Below the pieces are notes generated by a model. It saw only the letters and a list, made by a program, of their open reading frames with translations, searched no databases and was not told the DNA's origin. The position numbers and the translations under genes were made by a program. Shown here in pieces: positions 11,920-24,000 of a stretch of DNA of 48,200 bases. Within the stretch, counting starts at the first letter, position 1. Each line of letters begins with the position of its first letter. Origin of the DNA: Sarea resinae (taxonomy: Eukaryota); assembly GCA_026026165.1 (NCBI GenBank), contig JAPEUD010000115.1, positions 1-48,200 of the forward strand, read 5' to 3'.

Positions 11920-12667
11920 ACTGTTCAATAATCAGAGATATCATATTCTGCATTTTGCCACCCGTCAACCGGTCGGTGTTCTTGCCTCATCGTCTCTTGC
12001 CTCATCGTTGGATGTACTGGCGGTCTAGACCACCAAGAAATGGCCCAAAAAAATTCAAAAACATACAGCAGCAGGTATTCGCTGGTCGTCACCGACCCAA
12101 CTACTAATCTGCCGGTTTGTGCCTTGAGTACAGGAGAGCGGACGGGATCCTCTATATTCCACAACCTATGGCCGTATGTATTAGGAGTTTAGTTAACTGA
12201 CAATATAGACCCTTGAATCTATACTTCGCAGTGATATATATCAGTGCCCATCCCAGACATACGAGTTTGCTGTTTTGAAAGATCTTCCGCTGCAGTGCAC
12301 GTATGAGTAGACCCCAGTATATATGTGTCTCGATAGCGAGACGAGGTAAGAGATGGATTGCACTATTGATTCGTTGCTCATTCAAAAGCCGCCAGGTGGG
12401 GTCAGAGGGAGAGCTTCGCTTTACTATGACAGGACACCAAAGGTTCTAGAAGAAGTCTACTAGATAGCAACCCCAGCATCATTCTAGTAAAAGCTCAAGT
12501 ACGTACGAGTTGCGCTTGAGAAATGGAAAGACGCCCAGTTACGCCCCTATGATATCCTCTGAAAACCTATTTCATGGCAGATGGCGTTGCAAGAAGGAAG
12601 GAGAAGGGAGATTGAGCAGGGACCGCGAAGACATAGAAGAGGAAGCAAAAGGAAGCTTCAAAAAGGA

Positions 12668-13730
12668 CTAGTAGATTACAGTGTCTTCCTCGGCTTCAAG
12701 GACGACCTCCCCACCATCGTCTCCGCTCTCTTTTGCAGCCTCATGGGGTGGGTCAGCCGTAGGCAGAGTCTCAGTGGGAAGGGGGGTATTATCGTTAGTA
12801 GCGTTGGCATCCGAAAGGGTGGATTCTTCTGCTTGATTGGTTCCTGAACCCACCGTCTCCGAAGTCTCCGCGGGTTTCCCATCGTCGTCTGTTGCGGCTC
12901 CGTTGGTCTTCTCAGAATTTGGCGGTTGCTCCTGGCGTCGTCGTTCGTTGAAGTCTGCGACTTCACGATCTACTGTCGCTTCCGCCTCCGCAATCTGAGA
13001 CTTGATACGATCTTCGTCTCCAGGTAATAGCTCCCATGGCTTGTAGTACTGCCGATTGTGTAAGCGGGTACCTACTGAAAACACAACACGAAGACTCACA
13101 AGCTTGGGCTCCGCCTTAGTTTGCAGAAAGTGTGCCATGGCCAGGAGGTTCGAATGACGGAGGTGCATCTACAGAAATATTAGATCCAAAGTGCCCATCT
13201 CTAACGCACATATTTAGGTACTGACCGACTGCTCCTCGTACTTCTTATGCTCCTGCCGTCGCAACTTGATGAGTTCATCCAGGTCTTTCTTCTTCTTCTC
13301 GTCGTACTCTTCAGCTTGCAGTCTCAGCTTAGCCTGCTGCTTCTTTTCGATATCGGCTCGTCGTTTCTGTGCTGTTGAGGATGAGCTCTGTGAGAGAGTA
13401 CCAAGCAAAGCCCCAAACAGTCTTTGGCCACGCTTGCGCTCCTCCACTTGCCCACTCTTGCGTCTATCCGCTCGACGTTCTGCAGCTGGTAAGGGCTGAG
13501 CTGCTCCATCATGGCCGTCAGTACTCCGCTCAGGACTCAGCCGCGGCCTCTTGCTCCCCGTCTCAGATATGGAGGATTGTCGGCGTTTCGCGTGACCTTG
13601 GGGCGGAGACCGAGGTACCGGATCCTCGGGGACGGCAACCGCAGAGGCAATTGGCCTACAAGAGAGCAAAATTCAGCTTTATGTAGCATTCAGTGGGGCT
13701 CGTGGAAACTCACACCTGCGCCTCGGACAT
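12668..13730 (-). CDS. Pinin/SDK/memA domain protein (EJC/splicing associated)
   Basis: Motifs ERKRGQRLFGALLGTL, HFLQTKAEPKL|YYKPWEL and C-terminal EEDTVIY. Exons 13730-13714, 13656-13226, 13168-13100 and 13048-12668. Confidence 0.85.
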
Positions 13731-14164
13731 CTCTCTGTCTAGCTGCGTTCAGCTTTGGATTTCAGCGATGTTGCTATCGTCGCGACATCTATGAGAAGTT
13801 TAGAATTTCGTGAGTTACCTCCCCAGATGTTTTTGTGGTTAAAGGAGTATGGGAGCAGTGCAATGATAGTGAGAGGCCGGCGAGTGCTTTCTCTTGATCC
13901 ATTAGGTAGACTTTCCGAAATATAGGTAGGTCAGGTAAGGCAGGTAGGCTGGTATCAGGCTGCCTTACATAAGCGAGATTTATAACCCAGAGCTCCAAGA
14001 TATCAATTATTTATCAGTGAGCTCTCCCCACCAACGTCGCCACAACTCCTTCAACCTTCACACCAGACGCCACCATCTCTTGCTGATTCAAGGAGTCCAA
14101 GTTGCAGACCGTCTCTCAATGATCTGCGCGTCCTACTCATCACACCTCACATCTCACTCCCACC

Positions 14165-14554
14165 ATGTCTCGCCATCACCCGTAAGTCTGGTCTCTTGAT
14201 CCGCTTCGAGACTTCGTTTTGCTAACCGTGTTTCCTCCCTACAGCGATCTCGTAATGTGTCGCAAACAGCCCGGCATCTCCATCGGCCGTCTCTGTGACA
14301 AATGCGACGGCAAATGCCCCGTCTGTGACTCTTACGTCCGACCCACAACGCTCGTGCGCATCTGCGACGAATGCTCCTTTGGCAACTACCAGAACAAATG
14401 CGTCGTCTGCGGTGGCGAGGGCATCTCTGACGCATTCTATTGCTTCGAGTGTACGCGACTAGAAAAGGATCGAGACGGCTGTCCGAAGATTATCAATCTG
14501 GGTAGTAGTCGGACGGATCTGTTCTACCAGAAGAAGAATTTTAGGAATCATTAA
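14165..14554 (+). CDS. RDS3: PHF5A/Rds3/Ini1 SF3b zinc-cluster splicing factor
   Basis: [39 protein letters not shown]...[20 protein letters not shown]; intron 14182-14244. Confidence 0.97.
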
Positions 14555-15144
14555 CCCTGGGGGCTGCGTGGTCTCCCAAGCTTATTGAGCTGCCGGGAAG
14601 ACAACGCAGTGGTCATGATCTCTTTCCATACTGGCATGGCGTTTAAAATGGGATGGGCATGGTTATGTTTTGGATTCGGCGTCTGGAAGAACGAGGCGAC
14701 CGGGTCATGGTTGTCTCAAAACCCTGATATAAAGACAGCCTGGCCGTGCCACCGAATGGTGGAATCAGTGGGCCGATAGAGCAGATGAAATGCCCTTGGC
14801 AGTCAAGCATCACAGCGTTCAATGCGGATCAACACCTCCGCCACGCAGCTCCGCTTTCAGTCTATAAATGTATTTATTCCGAATAGAGACCGAAGCTTCA
14901 GCGTTCAGTCCATGCTCGTGTTTTCCTATCAGTTCGGACTTGATAAGTCTGCTCCCGTGGCGGGATCGTAAAATATATGAGGCGAATATAATGAGTTGTC
15001 CCTATATATTCGTACAAGGAGACAAATACAGCCCTTCAGTACTGAAGGGTTATTGGGTATGGGAGGTAAAGACCTCCATAAGTACAGATAACGCCCAAAC
15101 CCACCCTCCCATACAAGAAATGACCACCAAAACCCGAAGAGTGA

Positions 15145-16653
15145 TCACAGATAACTGACTTTTACACCCATACCCGCCGTCCTCCTCACCTTCTCCCAGC
15201 CTGCACCCGTAATTCTCCTCAGCCTTTCTCTGACATCTCTTCGACTTAGTGCCAATACGAATCCCATTAGGAACAAGACCGTCCGCAACAAGGTTGTGGG
15301 ATTGCTGGACATGGATTGCGCTAGAGTCGTGATGACGCGCTTAAGGTTGGATAGGAGAATGGCAGCGCGCTTATAGAGGCGCTTTGATGACGACGAAGGG
15401 GAAGTTGCTGCAGAAGAGGGCGCTTTTTTAGACGACCGTGGTGACTGTGAGGATGGAGAAAGAGGAGAGGAGCGTTTAGGGCCTGATGAGGATGACGGCT
15501 TGGGGGATGAGGGGGCGGGAGTGTCGCGAGAGCTGTGAGGATTGGACGCAATGCCGTAATCGACTTCGCTGCTTGTTTTTTTGTGTGAATTTCCTTCCTG
15601 GAGCTTATGCGTGCGCTCTTCCGTCGTGGCAATACTCCCCTTACCCTGATCAATAGTCGACCTAGTTGATTTCTTCGCATCTTGCTGCTGCTCTTGTTGT
15701 TTTCTCTGGAGATCTGCCTCCCTCTCTTTGAGCTGATCCTTCTCATCCAACAACCCCTGCAACGCTTGTAGAAAGGCTTCCCTCCGTTCTTCATCGAGAA
15801 CCTCACTCATGTTGATAAATTCTCGTGCGTACTCCCATTCGTTGTTGAGAGGAAGCACATGCAAAGTGTATAGTTCTAGGATCTTGATGCGCGAGTTAAG
15901 ATCGCGTGGCGTATTGGTGCCGTTGCTGTGAGGACTAGGTCGCCTGCGGTTCGACGTAATGGTCTCCGTGGAAGAATCGAGGTGGGAGGATATGTCTAGA
16001 GAGGGCTGACTAGCCGCCGATAGATATGTTTCGAGGCGCTGTTGGGTGAGGGTTTGGTCACGCGCATGGCTGAGAAGAAGGGTTGCGCTGAAAATGGTCA
16101 GATATCATCGAGTTGTTGTCTCTTGCGACCAGATCCGAACAACAAAAGCTTACAGGCTGATGATTACTTCCGCATCCACGTCCCCTTCCACTCCACTGTA
16201 ACCGCTCTGGATAACTTCTTCCCATATCTTGCCATCCCGCACTTTGGCCACCAAGGCTTTCCACTCCCGGTTTCCAAAGGCCGCCTTTCCTTCTTCAGGA
16301 TCGAGTTCCACAATGGAGTTCAGGATAGTCAAGTAGAGATTCCAAACCTTGAACCGCGTGTTCCTTGATGCGTTTGCTACTGGCGGTAGCTCTGCCGTCT
16401 CTTCGAGCTCATCTGCTTGCTCGTTGGAAGAGGGCGAAGAGACAATTGGTTCAATGGTCGATAACGCCTCTTTCAGGCGACGGGTGAGAAAGAGCGAAGA
16501 TGCATGCTTGTAGGCCTTGGAGATTTTAGAAGCACCGTGTTTGGAGGAAGAGAGCGACGATATGGATGACGAGAGTAGCTGCTGGGAGGATGACGGCGAT
16601 CCATCGATAGGTGGTGATAGCTCTGTTGCCGTTGATCCTACACCGTTCGCCAT
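15145..16653 (-). CDS. PEX26: Peroxin 26 (fungal type, tail-anchored)
   Basis: YKHASSLFLTRRL, KVWNLYLTILN, LELYTLHVLP..NEWEYAREFI, a C-terminal hydrophobic segment and the typical GMGVKVSYL end; one intron at about 16153-16088. Confidence 0.82.
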
Positions 16654-16791
16654 TGCGAAGCTTTCGTCCCTTCTCGTGACTCGATTGTAGACTTGGCACA
16701 AATGAATTCGATGGTATTCCGTATGGCGCTTGATCTGGAATGGCAAGTAAGTAGAGCTCCGTGAATCATTAATGATTAATGATTAATGCAT

Positions 16792-16822
16792 CCGAGGAAG
16801 GCGTTGGAGACGGGAGCCTCGG
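16792..16822. promoter_or_regulatory. Pair of FarA/FarB-type CCTCGG cores upstream of PEX26
   Basis: CCGAGG at 16792-16797 and CCTCGG at 16817-16822, 140-170 bp upstream of the PEX26 ATG. Confidence 0.5.
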
Positions 16823-17332
16823 CTGGAGATCTTGGTGTCTGGAGCTAAAATGCATCAATGCGTCAATGCGTCGATACGTGAAGGCGTCTAACGCGGGAAC
16901 GATACGACATTGAGAATGGATCGCCACAAGGACTCTACTTCAGCAGAACACCAATGAATGCCGGCGTCACCACGGTGCACGTTTATATATCGCTTCATGA
17001 TCAAGCAACATGACTTTATAGAGCTCGTCATAAGCAGCTGCAGGATTTCCAGCCATTCCCAGCCCTGATTCATTCTAGAAAATCATCTCAGTCCGTGCTC
17101 CCGTCGTGTTATTATAAGCGTCCTGCAGCCCAACGGGATAAACATCAAACCGAAGACGCCATTTGTCAATGACCGCATCGCCGAGAAATAAAGCCACAAA
17201 CAATTGACAATCTTCTTACTGCCGGTTATCTGTACAGCGTCGATTATTACACTCGGCTCAGGATGCGGTCTCCTCTTACGCGTTTGTCAATTGAAGATTC
17301 CAAAGTTTCCTAGCATTGCTTCAATTTTCAAG

Positions 17333-19333
17333 ATGGACGTCGATCGGTTTTCATTCCAGGATTTGCTTCCAAAACTGCTCACATCTATATCAAGAGCGCA
17401 CTTTGTTTCCTTTGATCTGGAGCTCTCGGGAATCTACACCAAAGTAGTCACAAAGGCTAGATTCTCAGAGGCTGGAGATGCTGGCAAACAAACCCTGCAG
17501 CAACGGTACGAGGAGATGAAGGAGGCTGCTGAGAGGTATCAGGTCCTGCAGATAGGCTTGACGTGTATAGAAGAAGATCTCGAGAAAGGTATCACTATTG
17601 ACTGTGTCTCTCAATCTACGCTGAGAATGCTTACCGCGGGTTCAGGTGTCTATATTGCCAAGCCTTACAATTTCCATATCAATCCGGTCGTAGAGGAGAG
17701 GCTCAATATCGATCGGATCTTCTCTTACCAGAGCGGAGGTTTGTTATGATGAGTAGCCAGCGAAGCTTGCATAGCTGACAATTTTAGCTGTCACGTTCTT
17801 GATGGAGCATGGTTTTCGCATGGAAGCTCCGTTCACTTTGGGGGTGCCATATCTCTCCCGCAGCGAGGAAGCACTTGCAAAAGATTTGGCTCTGGCGCGC
17901 CTTGACAAAGCAAGCTTTGCAGACATTCAGATCAAGGTAGACGATGTCGAGTCTTTAGACTTTCTGCAGAGAGTTCGGGTAGAGATTGACTCGTGGGTCA
18001 ACAAGCCAAAGGTACGTTAGGTGTATGTATTAGCTTGACTCCTCTGATATAGTTCCAGCCAAAGCCAGACTTTTTGAACATCGCTCCGATTGGCCATGCA
18101 ACAGAAGATCCTAATACTCGCGTTGGCCTCAATAACTTCCAGAAGCGCCTGATCCACCAACTCGTTCGCGCTGAATACCCCAACCTCGTCACGATTGGCA
18201 AATCGCAATTCATCCAGATCGTCAATTTCGATCAGAAGAGGGAAGACTCGATTAAGAGGGACCGGATCAGCCGTTTGAATGAGCAAATATCTCGTCAGAC
18301 TGGCTTCAGATGGCTAGTAGAAGCCATGATTGGTGGAGACCTTTCCGGTCTGAACAACAGACCGGTCACTCGCTCGAGAACAGGCCCTCCGGATTACGCA
18401 GCGAGAGAAGCCTGGAATCGGGCCTTCGAGAAGCTGCAGGTCGAGCTCAAGCAACGCCGCACGATTTTAGTCGGCCATAACCTTTTCACAGACCTCGTAA
18501 ATTTCTACAGATGCTTCCTCGGCGATTTGCCAGATGACGTTCGTGACTTTCAACGCATCATTCACAAACTCTTCCCCCTAATTATCGACACCAAGTATCT
18601 CGCTACACACGAAGAAACGGGATCCATCATCCAGAGATCCTCGCTCCAGGAGATAGAAGAAGTGCTGCGGAAGCAGGAATATCCCGTCATAGAGACGTAT
18701 CATGAGAACATCAAATACCTTTCTTTTCAGCAGGAACACGAAGCGGGATATGACAGCTACCTAACCGCCAAAGTCCTCATACTGCTCTCCACCAAACTCG
18801 CCGCGGACAAGCCATCTATGGACACCCAAGTCCAGCCCGTCACCCTCTCTGAGCAGGACTTGAACGCCGCCGATCCCGATCATGAGGGCGGTGTTAGCCT
18901 TCCCTCCTCACCGACCGAATACCAACCCGCAGTGCAGACCCACAAGAAAAAGAAGAAAAGAGTACTCAAGAAGGCCAATCCCGCGACTACCTCGACCTTT
19001 GCTCACACAACCATTTTCGACCGCCTATCGGACCTAATCGATCTCTCCCTCGACGACTCCGACGGACCGGCCTCGCCCTCGTCAGCCTCCTCGACCCAGT
19101 CATCCGCATCCGTCTCCGCCTGTAGAGCTACAGCGGCAACCATTGCGCAGGACGGATCTTCCCCCCCTTCGTCTCAGCCGACCAGCGAGTCAATGATGCC
19201 GCCCTTCTTCTGCAGTGACCCGACGGGTGACCATCATGACGAGAATGAGCCCAGCTCGTTCTGGCGGGTCTACGGGAACAAACTTCGTGTCTATGGGACG
19301 GCAGAGGAGGTTGTGCTGCTCGGTGTAGATTGA
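17333..19333 (+). CDS. CAF1/PARN-family DEDDh poly(A)-specific ribonuclease
   Basis: FVSFDLELSG, YQVLQIGL, LVGHN, IIDTKYLA and HEAGYDSYLT motifs; introns at about 17589-17645, 17739-17788 and 18012-18052. Confidence 0.88.
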
Positions 19334-19588
19334 GCACGAGCTGAGCTGCTCACGGGCACTTTTCAGATGCTTTACCAGGTCAACGGAGGAGTGCGTTCAA
19401 AGGTTTTTCCTAGTATGTGCGCATCGATGGCGTCCATAGCTCGATTCGGTGGATTCAGCTAGTGCAGACGAATGAAACATAATACTAAGACCCTCTGAAG
19501 CAGTCAAGAAACTTAATCGTGCCGCAGCTGATGAAGAAAGAAAGGCGAGGAGAAGAAGTGGAGACTGGGGCAATGAGGGAGCTTGACT

Positions 19589-19644
<56 letters not shown>
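19589..19644. repeat. Poly-G homopolymer (56 nt)
   Basis: Uninterrupted G run, counted directly from the sequence. Confidence 0.95.
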
Positions 19645-19646
<2 letters not shown>

Positions 19647-19924
19647 AATGCTCTGCCTGCCGAACTTATTTCCTTCCTTCACTTCTTCCCTCCCATCTTC
19701 CCCCTTTCCCCTTTCATCCCCCTTTCAAGCCCTGCTGTACCCTAACACTCCATCATCCAGCCGTTCCATCAGCCAAGCCATTGATTGCACAAGCACCCTC
19801 TCTGCCCCAGAAAACAGAATACAGAACATACCAAGAAACCACCAAGGCACAGAGAAACCCTTCTCTGATAGCTGTCTCGTAGCGGTCTCGTCTCGTAGCT
19901 GTCTCGTTGGCTGAACTGAATACC

Positions 19925-19986
19925 GTATTGCGTATTGCGTATTGCGTATTCTGTATTCTGTATTCTGTATTCTGTATTCTGTATTC
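19925..19986. repeat. Compound heptamer tandem repeat (GTATTGC)3(GTATTCT)5+
   Basis: Read directly from the sequence. Confidence 0.95.
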
Positions 19987-20191
19987 AAACGGGTAAATAA
20001 ATACCCCAGCGACGCGGAGAACTGGGAAGTGTTCCATGGTACGATGTTGGATTTTGGGGGACTTGTGGGGACTCGGAGTCGGGAGTTGGGACTTCGAGTT
20101 GGGTGGGGACTGGATGCACGAGTGGGAAAGACGAGGTAGTCTGGCGAGTAGCTCGGCGGGTGGCGGGGGGTAGTGAGTAGTGAGCAGCAGG

Positions 20192-20255
20192 GAGTGAGTG
20201 AGTGAGTGAGTGAGTGAGTGAGTGAGTGAGTGAGTGAGTGAGTGAGTGAGTGAGT
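20192..20255. repeat. (GAGT)16 microsatellite
   Basis: Read directly from the sequence. Confidence 0.95.
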
Positions 20256-20394
20256 GCGTGTATAGATAGGTGAGGGTAAATGTAAGTAGGTGGAAAGCTA
20301 AATGCACGGCACAGGAATCAGTAATATAGGTCAGATAAGCTACGTCAGGGTGAGGTAAGATAAGTCAGTCAAGGTGGCTGGAGGATTCGATCGA

Positions 20395-20440
<46 letters not shown>
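20395..20440. repeat. (TC)13(AC)10 compound microsatellite
   Basis: Read directly from the sequence. Confidence 0.95.
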
Positions 20441-20441
<1 letters not shown>

Positions 20442-20889
20442 TTCGGTCCAATCTACAAAACAAGCTACCACTCAACCATCCAGTCTCCATCTCGCCTCCT
20501 CTCCTTCTCTATTACCAAGTAGAGTAGGGAAGAGAGAAGAGAGGAGGATGGGATAGTACATGTGAGTAAGAGAGAGAGAGAGGGATGGAGAGATGGAAGG
20601 AGGGAGGGTGGGAGAGAGAAAGAGGGGGAGGGGGGAGAAAAAAGATGGAAGAGAAAGGAGAATTCACAGTCAAGAACACCACGACAGGAGAAGAGAAAAT
20701 ACGACGACGACGACTCGACTCGACGACTCGACGATTCGGCTTTAGAAGAGGGACAGAAAGAGAAACAGAGAGCAAAAAGACGCCAACATGCCACGCCGGG
20801 CCGCTGTGCAGGTGCAGTACCAATCGACTACTACGTCTACCACCACCACCGCAGACTATCACACATCCGGGTCCTACATGGGCCCACAC

Positions 20890-21013
20890 AGAACAGACAG
20901 ACAGACAGACACATACATAGATACAAGAACATCTCCTCTCATCCCACCTCATCCCATCTCATCTCATCTCATCTCATACCATCCGATGACATGACATGAC
21001 ATGACATGACATG
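20890..21013. repeat. Cluster of short tandem repeats (AGAC)n, (ATCTC)n and (ATGAC)5 in the probable DRS2 3'UTR
   Basis: Read directly; lies just downstream of the DRS2 stop codon on the minus strand. Confidence 0.85.
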
Positions 21014-21079
21014 GCATCCCCACCGCTTTTCCACCGCCATCCCAACCCTCCAGCTCCACCATCATGAATAAACACGCCC

Positions 21080-24000
21080 TTAGAATCTTCCAGCAGGTCC
21101 GGCGGCCGCCGACGGCGCCGAAGCAAACGCTCCTCTGGCGCCTCCGCCCATCCTGGAACTCGCCATCTCGCCATACCGGCCCCGTTCGCGCGTCGTATCG
21201 TAAGCCTGCAGCACGCGCGTCTGGGACTCGTCTGCTTGCGAGAAGGCGTAGCCGCGCTGTTTGCGCATCCGCTGCACTTGCCGCACTTTGCGGATCGCTT
21301 TTTGGAATTGTTCCATTCTGTTGGTCACGGAGATGTCAGTCAGGGTGAGCTTTGTATAGAGCTGGAGAGAGAGAGCATGGTCGAATGTACGATCGTGTTA
21401 TCACCATCGGGAAGGCTAGAAGGAAAAGAAGAAAATAGTAACATACCTAGGTCTGTAGTCTTGGACGTTGTATTTCTGAATCTCTTGGACATGATGGTAC
21501 GATTGCGGCAAGTACATCCGTTTGGCACTGCGAAAATAGCCCGTCAGAGACTGAAAAATGCGAAACCACATGAAGAGCGGCGAGACGGGCAGGAAGGCAA
21601 AGGCGATCAACTTACTACTTCCAAGCAATATCTCGCAAGAGACAAACCATAGGTAAAACAAGAGCCATCAGCCAAAACACCGGACTCGCAAATAGGCGGG
21701 GAATCGTATTCTGGTACTCGGTCGAAAAACCCAGTTTTGGTGCCAGATAACCGTAGATGGGCAGGAAGACCATCCAAATGACCATGGAACCCGGAATGGC
21801 CAAGACAGTATATTTGGTCCAGATGTTCGTCACGAGAGCCGCCTTCCCCAGCACCGTGGCTAGCGCAGCGGTATATAGTGCAGAACCCCAGACCCAATGG
21901 CCTGCAACCCTGCCGTCGCTTTGCGGGAGGTCCCAAAGCCAGATGAGCTCTGATGCTAGATAAAGGAGGAGGGAGTGGTAGAATCCGTTGGCGATCCACG
22001 ACCAGAACGAGTGCATCTTGAAAAAGACGCCCTTTTGACCTAGCTGGTAGAGCTGCGGGTATCGGTCTAGGAGACGGGCGCTGACGAATTGGTCGAAGAT
22101 GCCCATGACGAGGGGGGGAAGAACGGTGAAAAAGACGTTGTAGAAGGATAGGGTCCAGGATTCGTAGATGACTTCGCCGGAGAAACTGTTTTGGAAAGAA
22201 TACTATCATTCGGTCAGAGCCATGTGCGAAGTACAGAAGGGACAAAGAGAGCTTACCCAGAATTGTGTCATATATAAAGCAATATTTTTGTAGAAAGAGT
22301 AAAGGATGACCTTGCTGATGCGTTGATAACTCCAAGATCCATGTACGAGAAGCAACTTCCGAAGATATCGAAACTGTGCAATAGCCACATCGGCGCTGCG
22401 TGCTGCTTGCAAACCTTCAACGCCGCTGATACCAACTCCTACGTGAGCTGCCTGAATCATAGAAACATCGTTGGCTCCATCGCCGACGGCAAGAAGAATG
22501 GCCTTTTTGTGTCTCTTCACCAACTTCACGACCAGAGCTTTTTGGAGAGGAGAAACACGGCTGTCCTAATTAGTTCCTAACTCGAAGATGACAAGATAGT
22601 AGCACTTACCAGCAGATGACAGCCTTGCACATAACCGCCAAGTCCAGCAACATCTTCTCCATATCTTTCTCCAGCGCGAACGTAAGACTCTTCCCATCGA
22701 TGATCAATGCCAACTGCTCCAACTCGATACCGCCAACGGAATGGTTTTGGATGGCATTCAGCTTCTTAGAGAGGTTACTCCTCGTCGCTTCTGATGTCTC
22801 TTCGTTGACAATCAGAAGCGTCATATCCTCGCTAATGAGCTTGCAACTCATGCCAATATTGATGGCAGTCTCTTGCCGGTCACCAGTCAAGACCCAGACT
22901 TTGATACCTGCCGTCTGTAGCGTATGGATTGTATCCGGCACGCCATCTTGGAGTTTGTCTTCTATAGCAGTCGCGCCCAGAAGGAAAAAGTCGTGCTCGA
23001 TGAGCTCAGCCGCTTTGTCGAGCTCGTCAGCCCTGTTACCGCTGACAGTCGTTTGAGCTTTGTCGAAGACCCGCCACCACTGCTGGAATTCCTGATCAGA
23101 AATCTCCCGCATGGCAAGACAAAGTGTCCGAAGACCTTCCGAGGCATACTCTTCTAGATGCTGTAGGGTCGCTTCTACGATCGGATTGGCTTTGCCCAGA
23201 CGCTCAAGGATGACGGTATCAGCTCCCTTGCAGTAGCATCGAATCTTGCCATCCGGGCATCTAAAGATTGCAGACATACGTTTCCGAGTGGAGTTGAATT
23301 CGCAAACGGCAAGCAGTTCGTATTCGTATTCCACGCCTTCGATCGTAATCATAACAGCCCGAGGCTTTCGATTGGTGAACCTGTAGCCCATGGTCACGGC
23401 GCCCTCCACGAGAGCCCCCTCATCCGGAGAAGCCGCCTGGTATTTTATCTCTCCTGGTTTCTCGTCTCTCTTCTCGGGTATCACAGTGTGACAGGTCGCC
23501 AAAAGTGTCAGAAAATGATGGATGGCAGTCCGACTGTCATGTGTCTTCAAATTCTCTCGAAGCCGATTAAAGTCGTAAATGCCCACCTCATAGCCATCTT
23601 GCATGATAGGCCGTCGATCTTCCGGGACATCATCCGCGTACTGAATACCGCCAATGGAACACTGTTTGAACTCCATCTGATTGCAAGTAAGGGTGCCAGT
23701 TTTGTCCGAGAATATGTACTCGATCTGTCCTAATTCCTCTACCAGAGAAGACGTTCGGCATATGGCAGCGGTATCAGTCTTGTCGTAGTATATATCAAGG
23801 TCGGAATTGATGAGGAAGGCGTGATAGTACTTGACAATCTCGATCGTGACGAAGAGGGAGATTGGAACCAGATTCGAGTAAAGGACCCAGTAAGTGAAAA
23901 TGTCGGAAAAGAATTGTGCAGCACTGCTTGTGCGACCGTAGTATAGATAAGACAGCTTTTGGTTCGCAGTCGACCTAACAACGAGATCGCCAATAGAACT

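Noticed and set aside
19739..19746. ACCCTAAC as a telomerase RNA template
   Set aside because: Only 8 nt, with no pseudoknot, CR4/5 or Sm site that I could recognise; it coincides with the putative splice acceptor on the other strand.
19397..19914. Poly-Pro and poly-Gly ORFs
   Set aside because: Artefacts of translating the G56 run.
20374..21174. Many overlapping low-complexity ORFs
   Set aside because: Derived from microsatellites, and best explained as the DRS2 3'UTR.
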